Origin: an uncultured Patescibacteria group bacterium
GTDB taxonomy: Bacteria > Patescibacteriota > Minisyncoccia > Phycocordibacterales > UBA12088
Direction: 5' to 3'
DNA: 64,000 nucleotides
Assembly: GCA_947259245.1 (NCBI GenBank)
Contig: CAMYLP010000003.1
Coordinates: 27,118-91,117 of the forward strand
Shown: in pieces, positions 22,156-32,928 of the stretch
Numbering within the stretch: position 1 is the first letter of the stretch
Layout: every line of letters begins with the position of its first letter
Position numbers and translations under genes: made by a program
The notes under the pieces: generated by a model
What the model was told of the DNA's origin: nothing
Databases searched by the model: none
Seen by the model: the letters and a program-made list of their open reading frames with translations, nothing else

Positions 22156-24072
22156 CTATCGTACCTCCCATTCTTTTTTTGTATTGAGCGTCGATGTAAG
22201 TTTTTCCATGACTACGTTTACTTCTTCATCGGTAAGTGTGTGGTCCATCGACTGAAACACCAGATGCCATGCGTAGCTTGTGCGTTTATCATTTTGGAAT
22301 GTGTCAAAGAGTTTGTGTTGTACCAACAAACCATCACCCTGTTCGAGTACAATCTTCAGCACCTCCTCCAATGGAACATTGTCCGGCACCCATACGGCGA
22401 TGTCACGGAGAACATAAGGGTACGCGGACCAGGAACGAAAACGTGTTTTTGTGTTCCACGGTAACGCATCTCGATATGCTTTTGGTCGTGCTACTGTCGC
22501 GAGTGCTGTGTCGAGGGCAGTTTCTGCTATTCCGTCGACGACGTTGAGGTTCAGTTTCACTCCCAGTTCTGCTTCGATTACCGCGATGTCCTTCTGGAGT
22601 GCTGCGAGCAGTTTCGACACCTTTGTGTTCACTGACTGCACGCCTATCGCAAATGCGAGTTCTTCTCCCTCACGTGTAAAGCGCGTACCGATCTCAAACA
22701 CCTTGATGTCGTCAAGACCGAGTAGGGGTGCGTGTGGCACGTTGTCGATGAGCGCTTTCGCCACACCATCGCGCAGGTTCATGCGAAGGAATGCCTTGTC
22801 GCTCGCGAGCGGATTGGCAAGCTCCACCTCACCGCGTTCGTGCAACGTATACGTGAGTACCTCAGTGTACCCGAGGGATGTACAAACCGCGCGTAGAAGA
22901 TCGGTATAGTATTGGGACTTCGTTACTGTTGGTGGTGATGATGGTACGTTGGGAAGTGTTGCCCGCAGCTCGCGTAATCCGTACACGCGACCAATCTCTT
23001 CAATAATGTCTTCGCGAATGGCAAGATCGCTCCGCTCCCATGGCGGTGTTATGGCAAACTCCTCTCTATCTCGAGAGAACTCCCACTCGAACCGTACGAG
23101 AATTCGCTCGACCTCGTCTATTGTTAACGAAGTTCCTAGAAGGCGGTTTATGTCATGTAGTGTCACGTCCACGGGCGTTCGTTCACCCTTGGGACTATAC
23201 GCATCATACACTTCAATGGGAGTACCTCCGGCAACTTCGGTAATGAGGTTGAGTACATCCCGCATAGCGAACGCGGGCAGCTCCGGTGCAGGATCGTTCT
23301 GAAAGCGTAGCGATGCATCCGTAGCAAGCTTCAACCGCCGTGAGGATGTTCGCACCTGTGCAAAGTTAAAGTGTGCTGCCTCCAAAACGATGTCAACAGT
23401 GTCAGCGGAGATCTCAGCTCTTGAACCACCTTTGATTCCGGCGATAGCAAGTGGTTTGTTAGCGACGGCGTCTGTTATCAGCAGGTCGTCCTCGGTGACT
23501 TCGTACGTCTCGCCCGTGAGTACCGTAATCTCCTCACCCTTCCGGGCGCTGCGTACGCCGATGGTCATCGTACCGTCGTTGTCCTGGTGTAGCTTAGCTC
23601 GATCAAATACGTGTAGGGGTTGGCCAATATCAAACATGACGTAGTTGGTCGCATCTACAATGTTATTTATAGGGCGCTGTCCTATCCGTTCCAGAGCATC
23701 TTTGAGCCACGTAGGTGAGTCCTGTACTGTGACGCCGCGTACCAATGCTCCCATATAGCGTCTGCACTGCCTATGATCATCTATGACTACCTTGAGGTGC
23801 TTTGCTTCTGGGAAATTTGGTACGCTGTCTCGCAGTGGCTCACGCTTCATGGGATGCTGGAGCAAGGTCGCCAGCTCTCGTGCCACACCGCGGTGTGACA
23901 GGCAGTCGCTGGACCTGTTTGGAAGAATATCGAGGTCGATGACCCAGTCGTCACCAACCCGTTCAACTCCTTCAACCTCAAAACTGTGAAAGGTGAACAC
24001 ATCCGACAATTGCTCTGCGTCAGGCAGTTCGTCGTCAAAGTATGTTTGTAGCCACGCACGTGAGACTTTCAT
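22156..24072 (-). CDS. pheT: phenylalanine--tRNA ligase beta subunit (short form lacking the B2 OB fold)
   Basis: MKVSRAWL, LPNRSSDCLSHRGVARE, INNIVDATNYVM, GQPLHVFD, EEIGRVYG, C-terminal FDX-ACB (RDIAV, TLTDEEV). Confidence 0.95.
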   Translation of the reverse strand: MKVSRAWLQTYFDDELPDAEQLSDVFTFHSFEVEGVERVGDDWVIDLDILPNRSSDCLSHRGVARELATLLQHPMKREPLRDSVPNFPEAKHLKVVIDDHRQCRRYMGALVRGVTVQDSPTWLKDALERIGQRPINNIVDATNYVMFDIGQPLHVFDRAKLHQDNDGTMTIGVRSARKGEEITVLTGETYEVTEDDLLITDAVANKPLAIAGIKGGSRAEISADTVDIVLEAAHFNFAQVRTSSRRLKLATDASLRFQNDPAPELPAFAMRDVLNLITEVAGGTPIEVYDAYSPKGERTPVDVTLHDINRLLGTSLTIDEVERILVRFEWEFSRDREEFAITPPWERSDLAIREDIIEEIGRVYGLRELRATLPNVPSSPPTVTKSQYYTDLLRAVCTSLGYTEVLTYTLHERGEVELANPLASDKAFLRMNLRDGVAKALIDNVPHAPLLGLDDIKVFEIGTRFTREGEELAFAIGVQSVNTKVSKLLAALQKDIAVIEAELGVKLNLNVVDGIAETALDTALATVARPKAYRDALPWNTKTRFRSWSAYPYVLRDIAVWVPDNVPLEEVLKIVLEQGDGLLVQHKLFDTFQNDKRTSYAWHLVFQSMDHTLTDEEVNVVMEKLTSTLNTKKEWEVR

Positions 24073-24073
24073 A

Positions 24074-24772
24074 TCAAAATTGGTGTATAAAACGAAGATC
24101 GCCTGTGTGGAAATGTCGGACATCGGGTACCTCGGCTGCGATCATTACAAGTCTTTCGAGACCGACGCCGAACGCAAATCCTGAGTATTCATCTGGATCA
24201 ATACCCCCAGCCTTGAGTACATTAGGGTGCACCATACCTGCCCCCATGATTTCCACCCATGTTTCGGTGCCATCACGTCGCTTGAACAACATGTCTACCT
24301 CAACACCTGGCTCAACAAAGGGAAAGTACCCCGGACGAAAACGTACGGTAATATCTTTTTCATAGAACTCCGTAAACAGGTATTCGAGAGTACCTTTTAA
24401 GTCTGCAAGTGATATCTGTTTGTCGATATGTAAACCTTCAAACTGAAAGAACTGAGCCTCATGCGTTGCATCAGTGGCCTCGTTGCGAAATACTCTTCCC
24501 GGAACGATGATGCGTATCGGAGGCGCGTGCTTTTCCATGTATCTAACCTGAACAGGGCTAGTGTGCGTTCGAAGGACTGCCTCACGTATCCCCTTGACCC
24601 AAAACGTGTCCTGCATGTCACGTGCAGGATGGTTGCGAGGCACATTAAGTGCATCAAAATTATAATACTCGCTCTCAATCAGCGGTCCTTCGGCAAACTC
24701 GTATCCAAGTTTCGTAAATATGGCATTTACGCGTGATATTGCTGAAGAAAGTGGGTGTACGTGACCATCCAT
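24074..24772 (-). CDS. pheS: phenylalanine--tRNA ligase alpha subunit (lacks the N-terminal coiled coil)
   Basis: GHVHPL, NFDALN, HPARDMQDTF, LRTHTSPVQ, FPFVEPG, GFAFGVGLERL. Confidence 0.96.
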   Translation of the reverse strand: MDGHVHPLSSAISRVNAIFTKLGYEFAEGPLIESEYYNFDALNVPRNHPARDMQDTFWVKGIREAVLRTHTSPVQVRYMEKHAPPIRIIVPGRVFRNEATDATHEAQFFQFEGLHIDKQISLADLKGTLEYLFTEFYEKDITVRFRPGYFPFVEPGVEVDMLFKRRDGTETWVEIMGAGMVHPNVLKAGGIDPDEYSGFAFGVGLERLVMIAAEVPDVRHFHTGDLRFIHQF

Positions 24773-24834
24773 ATTTGGCAAGTATACGACACATACGCTG
24801 TTGTTCAAAGAACAGTATACGTACTCCGAGAATG

Positions 24835-25827
24835 TTACCAGGTGGTTCTCTCAAACATGTCCTCCCTCAAGGTTACGAGGGTGTCATCACCAAGGATGCG
24901 GAAGTCGACAACCGGATAGTTTGTAATGGGCTGAATGTTACGTTGACTTCTATCATCGAGTTCAACTGCAAACACGCCTCGAGAAGTCTGAATGATGACG
25001 ATATCACTACGTGCGGGATAAAATTCATACCGTTCTATTGGTTCCTCCCAGTCAATGACGAACTGTCTTGTACAGGTGGCCGAACAAAAATAGTATGGCA
25101 ACGGATCGTCTGCTCGCGCCCACAATGCATGTACATTACCGTCCTCATTCCATGCTACTACGCCGTCGCGCTCGCGTACCATGTCCTTGTCCTGAAGTTG
25201 TGATGAACTAGCAACATCCTGTAACCATTCAGGGAAAACAATGAGCGTAACGGTTGTTGATGTCGCAGTACGAACGCCGCGTACATATTCGTACGTCGTT
25301 GTTGCCGTCTCTATCGCAAACTGCTCCTTGTCTGCAGAAAAGTACTCGTCCATGAGTGCATACTCCGGGTTCGCAACCATTGTACTCGTGCTTGTGGTAG
25401 CTGAGGATGTTGCCATATCTCCGACGAGTAACGTCGTACTTGCGGTTATTTGCTCCCATGCAAAGGTGGCTGGCAACATTAGTATGCGCGCTTCAGTCAC
25501 GAGGTTCGGTCGCACGTATAGTGTTTTAATCCAACTCTGATACCCGTCTTTCTCGACCCACACTTCGTAGTTCCTGTTTGGTTTAAGGTCTTGTATGAGG
25601 GTATTTCTCAGAATAGCGCCGTTCTCCTCCACAAACACTCCGTCGAGGAACACTGACGTGTTGCTCATGTCAGAATGTACGAAAATACCACCGGTCTGCA
25701 CGAGCGACAAGGCATCATCGAGTCTATATCCAACGCTGTACCCGATAAGAACAGGTGCGCTGAGAACAAACAGCGCGAAAAGCATCCAGAATACCGTGCG
25801 TCTGAAGTTGCGCGAAAGCGGTCTCAT
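24835..25827 (-). CDS. membrane-anchored PEGA-domain protein
   Basis: N-terminal TM, GYR...QTGGIFVHS...VFLDG...YEVWVEKDGYQSW PEGA pattern. Confidence 0.7.
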   Translation of the reverse strand: MRPLSRNFRRTVFWMLFALFVLSAPVLIGYSVGYRLDDALSLVQTGGIFVHSDMSNTSVFLDGVFVEENGAILRNTLIQDLKPNRNYEVWVEKDGYQSWIKTLYVRPNLVTEARILMLPATFAWEQITASTTLLVGDMATSSATTSTSTMVANPEYALMDEYFSADKEQFAIETATTTYEYVRGVRTATSTTVTLIVFPEWLQDVASSSQLQDKDMVRERDGVVAWNEDGNVHALWARADDPLPYYFCSATCTRQFVIDWEEPIERYEFYPARSDIVIIQTSRGVFAVELDDRSQRNIQPITNYPVVDFRILGDDTLVTLREDMFERTTW

Positions 25828-27407
25828 ACGGCGTGCGCATCAGCTGCCCGATGCTTTGGTGTGACCCAGAACTCACCCATGTACCAACCAAAAAGTGAGC
25901 GGGTTTGCGCATGTAGTCCCGGCAGCGCGCCAAAGACCACAATTGTGAATGGTACAAGGAGCCACTGCAGCACTGCCCCAACATATCGTTTCTTTTTGTG
26001 TCGTACCTGTTCAGGCAGTCTTGGCATCAGCGAGAACGCGATGTACGCACTGAGAATCAAACCCAACATTGCCACAATCATCAAATTGCGTGTAACGTAT
26101 GGCAGATTGTAAGAAAGTACTGTATCTCTGAACGCATCACCACCAAGTAGTAGTGGTAGCCAGCCGAGAAGCAGTATGATGAGCGGTGCTGTGGCGAGCG
26201 ACCAGAAACCTTCTATCTGTACGAAAGTATGAAATATCTTTTGTTTGAGCGGAATATACTTGTTCTTGATGAATCCAAACATCATGTACGGTATATTCTC
26301 CTGACCCCACATCCAGCGTAAGTGCTGACGATAGATGTTCTTCATGGTACCAAAGAAACTGGTGGACAAATTCGCGTCCATGGACACCGGGTAACTTATC
26401 GGAACCACGCGGTAGTCTCCGTCATGCGCGAAATACAGATTCCAAAAGATGCGTGAGTCGTCGCTGATCATATTCTTTTGCCAGAAACCCACATCGTCAA
26501 GTGCTTTAAATGAGATTGCGTGACTGGAAAACGTCGTCAATTTCTCAGCGCGCTCTTGCTGTATCATTTGCCAAAATGTAGAACTAAATGCTGCCACCCT
26601 CGAGATAGCCGGTGCATCCCAGATGTTGTTATTGTACAGTGGAACCGGCTGAAATGAGGCTTTGTGCGGTTCCTCAGTAGTAAGAAAATGCCATGTGAGA
26701 CATGAAAAATATTGCGGTTCAACTACTGTATCAATGTCAAAGGCAGATACGATGATGTCTTCATACGGAATCGCCTCAACGTCGACAATTCTGCGTTTGG
26801 CCTCCTCTGCCGCATAGGTAATATTTGGACCCTTCCCCCGTATCTCGCCTGGCTGTCCTTCAGGGTGCACCGTGAGTATGATGTGCTCAACACTGTGTTT
26901 GTAGCGCTGTACCATCTTTTCGCCAATATCTAGCGCTTCCTGCCCCGCCCTTTCCTCTGCTGCAAGGACGACAATAACTCGTTGCATGTCGTACTGCGAT
27001 CCAACTACTGACTCTATCGCCTGCTTCACAATGGCCTCACTCTCCTGGTAGTAGGGCAAAATGACCATGTGCCTCAGGTTTTCAAACTTAAGCTGTTGCA
27101 ACATTTCAGCCCAATCGAGCTGCATGTTATGACGCAGACGGCGAAAGTTGTGACGCTGGTGCATGCTGAAGTAAATGGTCTTTAAGAGCCAGTAGAGATC
27201 GAATGCTATGATGAAGTACGCTGCTACGACCGGCTTGTATATCGAAAGAACCACAACGGTGACAATCGTGCCCCACGACACAAGGCCGGGCACCATTTCA
27301 AGCAAACGATACAGTACCCTGTCGCGCCCTGTAAGATCGCGTGCATTTGCAACATGAAAGTATGGTGATTGCGCGTAGGTAGCTGCTGCTGCGTTTGTGG
27401 TGGCCAT
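25824..27407 (-). CDS. glycosyltransferase family 2, polytopic membrane protein
   Basis: ILPYYQE, GKGPN, FDID (DxD), SDD, QHLRW (QxxRW); several TM helices. Confidence 0.9.
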   Translation of the reverse strand: MATTNAAAATYAQSPYFHVANARDLTGRDRVLYRLLEMVPGLVSWGTIVTVVVLSIYKPVVAAYFIIAFDLYWLLKTIYFSMHQRHNFRRLRHNMQLDWAEMLQQLKFENLRHMVILPYYQESEAIVKQAIESVVGSQYDMQRVIVVLAAEERAGQEALDIGEKMVQRYKHSVEHIILTVHPEGQPGEIRGKGPNITYAAEEAKRRIVDVEAIPYEDIIVSAFDIDTVVEPQYFSCLTWHFLTTEEPHKASFQPVPLYNNNIWDAPAISRVAAFSSTFWQMIQQERAEKLTTFSSHAISFKALDDVGFWQKNMISDDSRIFWNLYFAHDGDYRVVPISYPVSMDANLSTSFFGTMKNIYRQHLRWMWGQENIPYMMFGFIKNKYIPLKQKIFHTFVQIEGFWSLATAPLIILLLGWLPLLLGGDAFRDTVLSYNLPYVTRNLMIVAMLGLILSAYIAFSLMPRLPEQVRHKKKRYVGAVLQWLLVPFTIVVFGALPGLHAQTRSLFGWYMGEFWVTPKHRAADAHAV

Positions 27408-27423
27408 AAATGATACTGTAGTG

Positions 27424-27496
27424 AGCCGAAGGGGAGATTCGAACTCCCGACCTACCGCTTACAAGGCGGTTGCTCTACCAACTGAGCTACTTCGGC
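27424..27496 (-). tRNA. tRNA-Thr(UGU)
   Basis: Cloverleaf GCCGAAG...CTTCGGC, TGT anticodon, TTCGAAT T-loop; CCA not encoded. Confidence 0.96.
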
Positions 27497-27509
27497 AACT
27501 ATAACGTGC

Positions 27510-27893
27510 TTATGCAGTATCCACGGCAGAAACACGTTCTTGCCGCCCCGAACCGCGGACGGCTGCAAGTTTGTGCGATGGCTCTTTGACCTCCTGCGCT
27601 CGTCTGAAGCGACGTAATACATAGACAAGCTGCAACAACCGTCGTTCAATCCAGCGGATGCTGATCAACGTCCCATATGATACCACGCCCAGTATCCTTA
27701 CCAAGACACCACCGTGTGCTGCCCGATATAGCTTGCGCATGGCGTATTGAGCTATCCCCAGTACATACCCAGCATATCGATCTAACGTTGCGCGCACCCT
27801 ACGAGCGTAACGTTGGTTTGTGTGGGTTTCGTATGTACGCAACAGGAACAACCCTACTAGAACAGAAAGCGAAGTGAGAAAAAGCGGCAGCAT
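27510..27893 (-). CDS. hypothetical membrane protein
   Basis: 127-aa ORF with an N-terminal hydrophobic helix, directly behind tsf. Confidence 0.6.
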   Translation of the reverse strand: MLPLFLTSLSVLVGLFLLRTYETHTNQRYARRVRATLDRYAGYVLGIAQYAMRKLYRAAHGGVLVRILGVVSYGTLISIRWIERRLLQLVYVLRRFRRAQEVKEPSHKLAAVRGSGRQERVSAVDTA

Positions 27894-27897
27894 ACGT

Positions 27898-28485
27898 CTA
27901 GTCGCGGACAGAAACGCGTGTGCACTCTGACACTTCTATGCGCTCCCCGAACTTTTGGACGGCCTGTTCTACAAGATCTTGTATTGTGAGTTCCGGATTC
28001 CGTACGAATGGTTGTTCGAGTAAGACGCGTTCCTTTACGTAGCTGTTTAGCTTACCCTCAACAATGGCGTCGCGTTTGTCTGCCGGCTTATCTTTGGACT
28101 CTTCTTCAAACAGTTGTTTTGCTTTCGAAACATCTTCATCCTTCACCTCATCACGTGAAATGAAGTCCGGGTTCGTTGCCGTCGCATGCATGGCAATATC
28201 ATGTGCCAGTGTCTTAAATTCTTCGTTGCGTGCAACAAAGTCGGTCTCGCACGAAAGTAAAATGATCGTACCGACATCTTCAGAAGCGTGTATGTATGAC
28301 TGTACGATACCGGCACCTAGTGTGCGGTCTGATTTCTTTGCTGCTGCTGCACTCGACTTCTTTCTGAGTGCTATCAGGGCCTTGTCCATGTCGCCATCTG
28401 TGGATTCGAGTGCGTTTTTGCAATCCATGACTGAAAGACCGGTGCGCTCACGCAGAGCTTTTACATCATCTGTGGTTACGGGCAT
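27898..28485 (-). CDS. tsf: elongation factor Ts (short form)
   Basis: VKALRERTGLSVMDCKNAL, CETDFVARN. Confidence 0.97.
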   Translation of the reverse strand: MPVTTDDVKALRERTGLSVMDCKNALESTDGDMDKALIALRKKSSAAAAKKSDRTLGAGIVQSYIHASEDVGTIILLSCETDFVARNEEFKTLAHDIAMHATATNPDFISRDEVKDEDVSKAKQLFEEESKDKPADKRDAIVEGKLNSYVKERVLLEQPFVRNPELTIQDLVEQAVQKFGERIEVSECTRVSVRD

Positions 28486-28556
28486 GGTGTGTGTTTCACT
28501 TAAAATAATAGAGCACAGAACATACTACCATAGCATGGTGCAAGAAGGGTAATGCT

Positions 28557-29294
28557 CTATGTGCGTGGAGGCGTTTCCGTCTTCTGGCTCTTTGCTTCCG
28601 CCAATCCCTCTTCGTATGCAGCGGCGATCTCCTCGACGAAGAATGCTATGGATTTTGCAGCGGCGTCATTTGCAGGAATTGCATACTGTATTTTTGTGAG
28701 GTCGCAATCTGTGCTCGCAAGAGCGACCACTGGTATGTTTTTTGTCCTCGCCTCCTCGACGGCAATCGCTTCATGACGCGGGTCTATTACGAACAGCGCA
28801 TGTGGCAATTTTTCCTGTAACGGTAAGAGACCTGCGTACATGCCGTGTAACTTTTCAATCTCACGATCGATCTGCAGGCGTTCGAACTTTGTATACTTTG
28901 AGAGAGCGCCTGATTCTTTGTCCGACATAAGCTTTTGGAGCCGAGCGACTCTCTTTTTAATTTCGTCAAAGTTGGTGACTGTACCACCTATCCATCTGCC
29001 AACACAGTATGGTGCTTCAAGATTTGTGGCAGTCGTCTCAATTATTCTATGACTTTCTGGCTTGCCACCAACAAACATCAGTACTTTACGCTCACGTCCA
29101 AGATCACGCACATACTGTTTTGCACGTTCCAGAAGCTGTTCGGTTTGCTCAAGGTCTATAATGTCGTTCTTGTGTTTCGTCCCAAATATGTGCTTCTGCG
29201 TACTAGGATGACGCCGTGCTTTAGGGAGTCCGTAGTGCGCGCCAGCATCGAACATGCCATCAATTTTCTTTTTCTCTGTTGCGGTTGCGGTCAT
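28557..29294 (-). CDS. rpsB: 30S ribosomal protein S2
   Basis: AGAHYG, IIDLEQT, RWIGGTVTNF, IPAND. Confidence 0.97.
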   Translation of the reverse strand: MTATATEKKKIDGMFDAGAHYGLPKARRHPSTQKHIFGTKHKNDIIDLEQTEQLLERAKQYVRDLGRERKVLMFVGGKPESHRIIETTATNLEAPYCVGRWIGGTVTNFDEIKKRVARLQKLMSDKESGALSKYTKFERLQIDREIEKLHGMYAGLLPLQEKLPHALFVIDPRHEAIAVEEARTKNIPVVALASTDCDLTKIQYAIPANDAAAKSIAFFVEEIAAAYEEGLAEAKSQKTETPPRT

Positions 29295-29343
29295 AAGTAA
29301 TAGTTCAAGAGTGTACCAGATATTTATGACATGTCAAAATAGT

Positions 29344-30306
29344 TTACCTGCTGCCTTCCTCAGATGCTGCGTCAGTGACCGCCGTTAACATCGGCTCAAT
29401 GTTGCCGGAAAATATGCTTTCAATGTTGTGCCAGTTTTGTTTTATACGGTGGTCCGTGACGCGATCTTGTGGGATATTGTACGTGCGTATTTTTTCACTT
29501 CTATCACCTGTTCCTATCTGATCTCTCCGTTCAGTAGCGTACTTTTTCGACTCCTCCTCCTCTTTTAACTCAAGTAGTTTCGCCTTGAGCATTTGCATCG
29601 CCTTCTCACGATTACTCTCTTGCCGACGTTCGCTCGTACAACGTACATCTATGCCTGTTGGCTTGTGTATCAACCGAACAGCCGTTTCTACCTTGTTTAC
29701 GTTCTGGCCTCCCGCGCCGCCTGAACGAGAAAACTCCATCTCTATGTCAGCGGGGTTGATGTCAAACTGCACCTGTTTCCGTATTGGCAGAATCGCAACA
29801 GATGCGGTAGACGTATGAATTCTTCCCTGCTTTTCGGTTTCCGGTATACGCTGCACACGATGTACTCCGGTCTCAAATCGTAGTGCCCTATAGACGTCCT
29901 TTCCACGTATCTCAAATGATGCTTCTTTATATCCCCCAAGTGCGCTCACTGACTCCGATAGTGCACGCACACTCCACCCCTGACGCTCTGCATACGCACT
30001 GTACATATGTGCAAGATCAGCTGCGAATAGTGCTGCCTCGTCACCTCCCGCTCCTGCTCTCACTTCGAGTATTATCTCATTGGGGAAGCGTTCGGCTTCC
30101 TTCTGCTCTGCAAACACAGCATCCATTTGCTCGCGTACCCGCTGTTGCTGCTCCTGTAGTGTGGCAAGATCAGACTCGCCCAGCTTGCGCATCTCCTCGT
30201 CCGTTGCCATCAGTTCCTCCACTTCATCCCGTTGCGCCTGAAGTCGCTCGTACTCTGCTGCGAGGTACGCTGTTTTTTGATTGTCCTTGTAGGGAGTCAG
30301 ATCCAT
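29344..30306 (-). CDS. prfA: peptide chain release factor 1
   Basis: [22 protein letters not shown] (PxT), GAGGQNVNK; start moved to MDLTPYK. Confidence 0.95.
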   Translation of the reverse strand: MDLTPYKDNQKTAYLAAEYERLQAQRDEVEELMATDEEMRKLGESDLATLQEQQQRVREQMDAVFAEQKEAERFPNEIILEVRAGAGGDEAALFAADLAHMYSAYAERQGWSVRALSESVSALGGYKEASFEIRGKDVYRALRFETGVHRVQRIPETEKQGRIHTSTASVAILPIRKQVQFDINPADIEMEFSRSGGAGGQNVNKVETAVRLIHKPTGIDVRCTSERRQESNREKAMQMLKAKLLELKEEEESKKYATERRDQIGTGDRSEKIRTYNIPQDRVTDHRIKQNWHNIESIFSGNIEPMLTAVTDAASEEGSR

Positions 30307-30358
30307 GATATATGCATAAGACCGCCCACTACGGACGGTCAGAAGATAGTGGTTGGAG

Positions 30359-30616
30359 TTAACCCTTTTTTGCAGCAGCAGCTCGCCGCTTGAATTTTTC
30401 GACACGCCCTGCGGTGTCAACAACTGTCTCCTTACCCGTATAGAAGGGGTGTGACGCACTTGATATCTCAACCTTTACCATGGGGTACTCCTTCTTGTCT
30501 GCCCACACAGCAACCTCGTCCGACTGTATAGTAGAACCTATAAGAAAGCGCTCACCACTGGTTGCGTCCTCAAAAATGACCTTTCGGTAGTTGTCCGGAT
30601 GTATGTCTGACTTCAT
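30359..30616 (-). CDS. rpmE: 50S ribosomal protein L31 (type B, Zn-free)
   Basis: [11 protein letters not shown]...[12 protein letters not shown]...DTAGRVEKF. Confidence 0.95.
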   Translation of the reverse strand: MKSDIHPDNYRKVIFEDATSGERFLIGSTIQSDEVAVWADKKEYPMVKVEISSASHPFYTGKETVVDTAGRVEKFKRRAAAAKKG

Positions 30617-30669
30617 ATGTTGCATGAGAATAACAGAGAGTTTGCCTTTGCGCAAGGGTACGTGCACTG

Positions 30670-32112
30670 CTACTGACTGAGTTCTTTCAACGTATCGATT
30701 TGTTGTTGGTAGTATGCTGCATGCTCCATAACGCCGTCTCCATAGAAAGCGTAGGCGGGATTCGAGGCGTTGACCCATCCCGCGAAATACCTCAGCGCTG
30801 CCAATCGCTCTGCGTACAGCGTACCTCCATCGGCACCATTATCCTTCATCAGTGTCGCGGCCCCGATGAAAGCATCTTGATTGTCCCACGGGTTGCTCGG
30901 GCTTTGCTTTCCACGTACGATACGTAACCTGTCCTTATCAGCCCGATATTCCCACGGCCCCGCCCAATATGTGTCCCAATCATAGGTACGCGCTGCGTTA
31001 TTGCAGTCATTTGTCCGTGTGTTTATGTACCCTCCGTAACATGCCCACGTGGAAGGTATGAACTGTGCTGGTCCCATTGCACCACCCCACCCGTACCCCG
31101 GTTTTGCTGACACCGGCATGCTGGCCGGGTCAAGCCCCAACGTGTCTGTGATCACCTTATATAGTGGGCGATCGCGTGTCGGATGCATATCTTGTGTCCA
31201 AACGCCATTTCCTAGGAACTCACCAAGTCTTGTCTCCTGCTTCAGCACTCCCAATATCAGAGCTGGACGCACACCGGTCTTACTGCTTGCAAAGTTGGCA
31301 AACTCGATAGCATCGCCTAGATTAATTGCTGCTGAGCCCTGAAGTTCGAACAACTCTGAACGTATTTGTGCTGCACTGCGCTCGTTTGCAGCTATCATTT
31401 GTTGGTATCTGGCTTCCTCCCCCTTCGTGACGGTGAGAATTCGAACCTTTTGATCTTCTTGTTGTTCCAGTTTGTCCTGCTGGAGCTCCTGCAGTAGTTT
31501 CAACTCTTCTTCTTCAGCCTGCCGTTCTTCAAGTACGTTCTTTGCATCGGCATTCAGTCTTCGAAGCTGCTCTAACTCTTGAAAACTTGTATTTAAAGCT
31601 ATCTTTATCACCCTAAAATCATCGTACTCGGCAAACACTTCAGCAAGACTCTGTTCAGAAAAAAGTATTTCGACAAGCGACGTTTCGTCTAACTCGGCTG
31701 TTCTTTGGATGAGGCTCGCCAGTGATTCACGTTCCCTGTCAATTTTATCCGTAAGCTCCAGTATATTCACCTCCTTTTCCCAGATGTCGTTCTCCAGATC
31801 CACAATTGCAATCTCTTGAGCCCGGATGGCAATGCGCGCCTTTTCTATTTCCGCATCAAGTATGGCGACGTCCCGCTCGAGGGTAACCCGTTCGCCACGC
31901 TTGCTGTCCAGCAAAACCTGCTGCTGTTTGATTAGCTGCTCTAGATTTGCAAGATCCTTCTCTAGCTGTGCTCTTCGTTGCGCAATTGCCTCTTCCGTGG
32001 CTGATTGCTCCGCACCTTCAACTGTGTGTATGTATGACAAGAGCGGTACCATGACGAGCACGGATATGACTACAACAAGTACCTGAACTGCGACCATGCG
32101 TGTCGTTACCAT
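30670..32112 (-). CDS. exported coiled-coil protein with a C-terminal lytic murein transglycosylase (MltB/SLT_2-like) domain
   Basis: Signal/TM, about 220-aa heptad region, GVLKQET catalytic Glu, [21 protein letters not shown]. Confidence 0.85.
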   Translation of the reverse strand: MVTTRMVAVQVLVVVISVLVMVPLLSYIHTVEGAEQSATEEAIAQRRAQLEKDLANLEQLIKQQQVLLDSKRGERVTLERDVAILDAEIEKARIAIRAQEIAIVDLENDIWEKEVNILELTDKIDRERESLASLIQRTAELDETSLVEILFSEQSLAEVFAEYDDFRVIKIALNTSFQELEQLRRLNADAKNVLEERQAEEEELKLLQELQQDKLEQQEDQKVRILTVTKGEEARYQQMIAANERSAAQIRSELFELQGSAAINLGDAIEFANFASSKTGVRPALILGVLKQETRLGEFLGNGVWTQDMHPTRDRPLYKVITDTLGLDPASMPVSAKPGYGWGGAMGPAQFIPSTWACYGGYINTRTNDCNNAARTYDWDTYWAGPWEYRADKDRLRIVRGKQSPSNPWDNQDAFIGAATLMKDNGADGGTLYAERLAALRYFAGWVNASNPAYAFYGDGVMEHAAYYQQQIDTLKELSQ

Positions 32113-32200
32113 ACACGACAGTATACCGTGAATGCTTAGATGTTGTCATTGACTAAAAAACCGCCCGAAGGCGGCGTCCAGTCCAACGTACGATCGTAAC

Positions 32201-32845
32201 CTACTCCGTGTCCTGCTCCTCTTCCTTTCCCTTTTTCTCCACTTCAATATCTGCCACATCTTGTTCCTCGACGACCGGTTCTTCCTCTTCCTCTTTCGCC
32301 GGTTGTACGAGCGCCACGACATCTTCATCAGGGATTCGGGATGTCACTCCTTTTGGAATCGAAAGGTCAGACACGTGGATGATGTCATCAAATGTCGCAA
32401 GCGATGATATGTCGACAGTAATGCTACCGGGCAAATTTTGCGGCAACGCCTCTATCTCCAGTTCATGCATTACCTTGAGCAGGGTGCCTCCTAGTTCTTT
32501 CTCTGCGGGTGCCACACCTTCAAATGTAAGTGGCACAGCAACCTCAACGCTCTCATCCGCCTTAACTGCATAAAGATCAACGTGCATCGGAGTACCGTAC
32601 AGTGGATCAACCGATACTTCTTGCACAAGCACTGATTTGTCCTTTCCAGCTCCGGTAAGTGTAATGACCGTATTTTCGCCAGCCTGTTTCCAGATCTTGT
32701 CAAATTCTTTCGTGGAGAGCACTATGTGTGTGGTGTTCTCACCACCACCGTAGACAATAGCAGGTATGCTGCCCTGAGAACGTGTGCGCTTAGATTCCTT
32801 ACTGCCGGTCGTAGTGCGTAGTTCGGCTTGTAGCTTCATTTCCAT
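32201..32845 (-). CDS. rplY: 50S ribosomal protein L25/CTC
   Basis: GSIPAIVYGG, HVDLY, GGTL, LPQNLP, IHVSDL. Confidence 0.95.
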   Translation of the reverse strand: MEMKLQAELRTTTGSKESKRTRSQGSIPAIVYGGGENTTHIVLSTKEFDKIWKQAGENTVITLTGAGKDKSVLVQEVSVDPLYGTPMHVDLYAVKADESVEVAVPLTFEGVAPAEKELGGTLLKVMHELEIEALPQNLPGSITVDISSLATFDDIIHVSDLSIPKGVTSRIPDEDVVALVQPAKEEEEEPVVEEQDVADIEVEKKGKEEEQDTE

Positions 32846-32928
32846 ATGTGCATGCGAGTATACCTGATTTTCTGTCACAGGCAATACTTGTTACAATACT
32901 CGTACTTGCAAGCATAATACATGACCCC

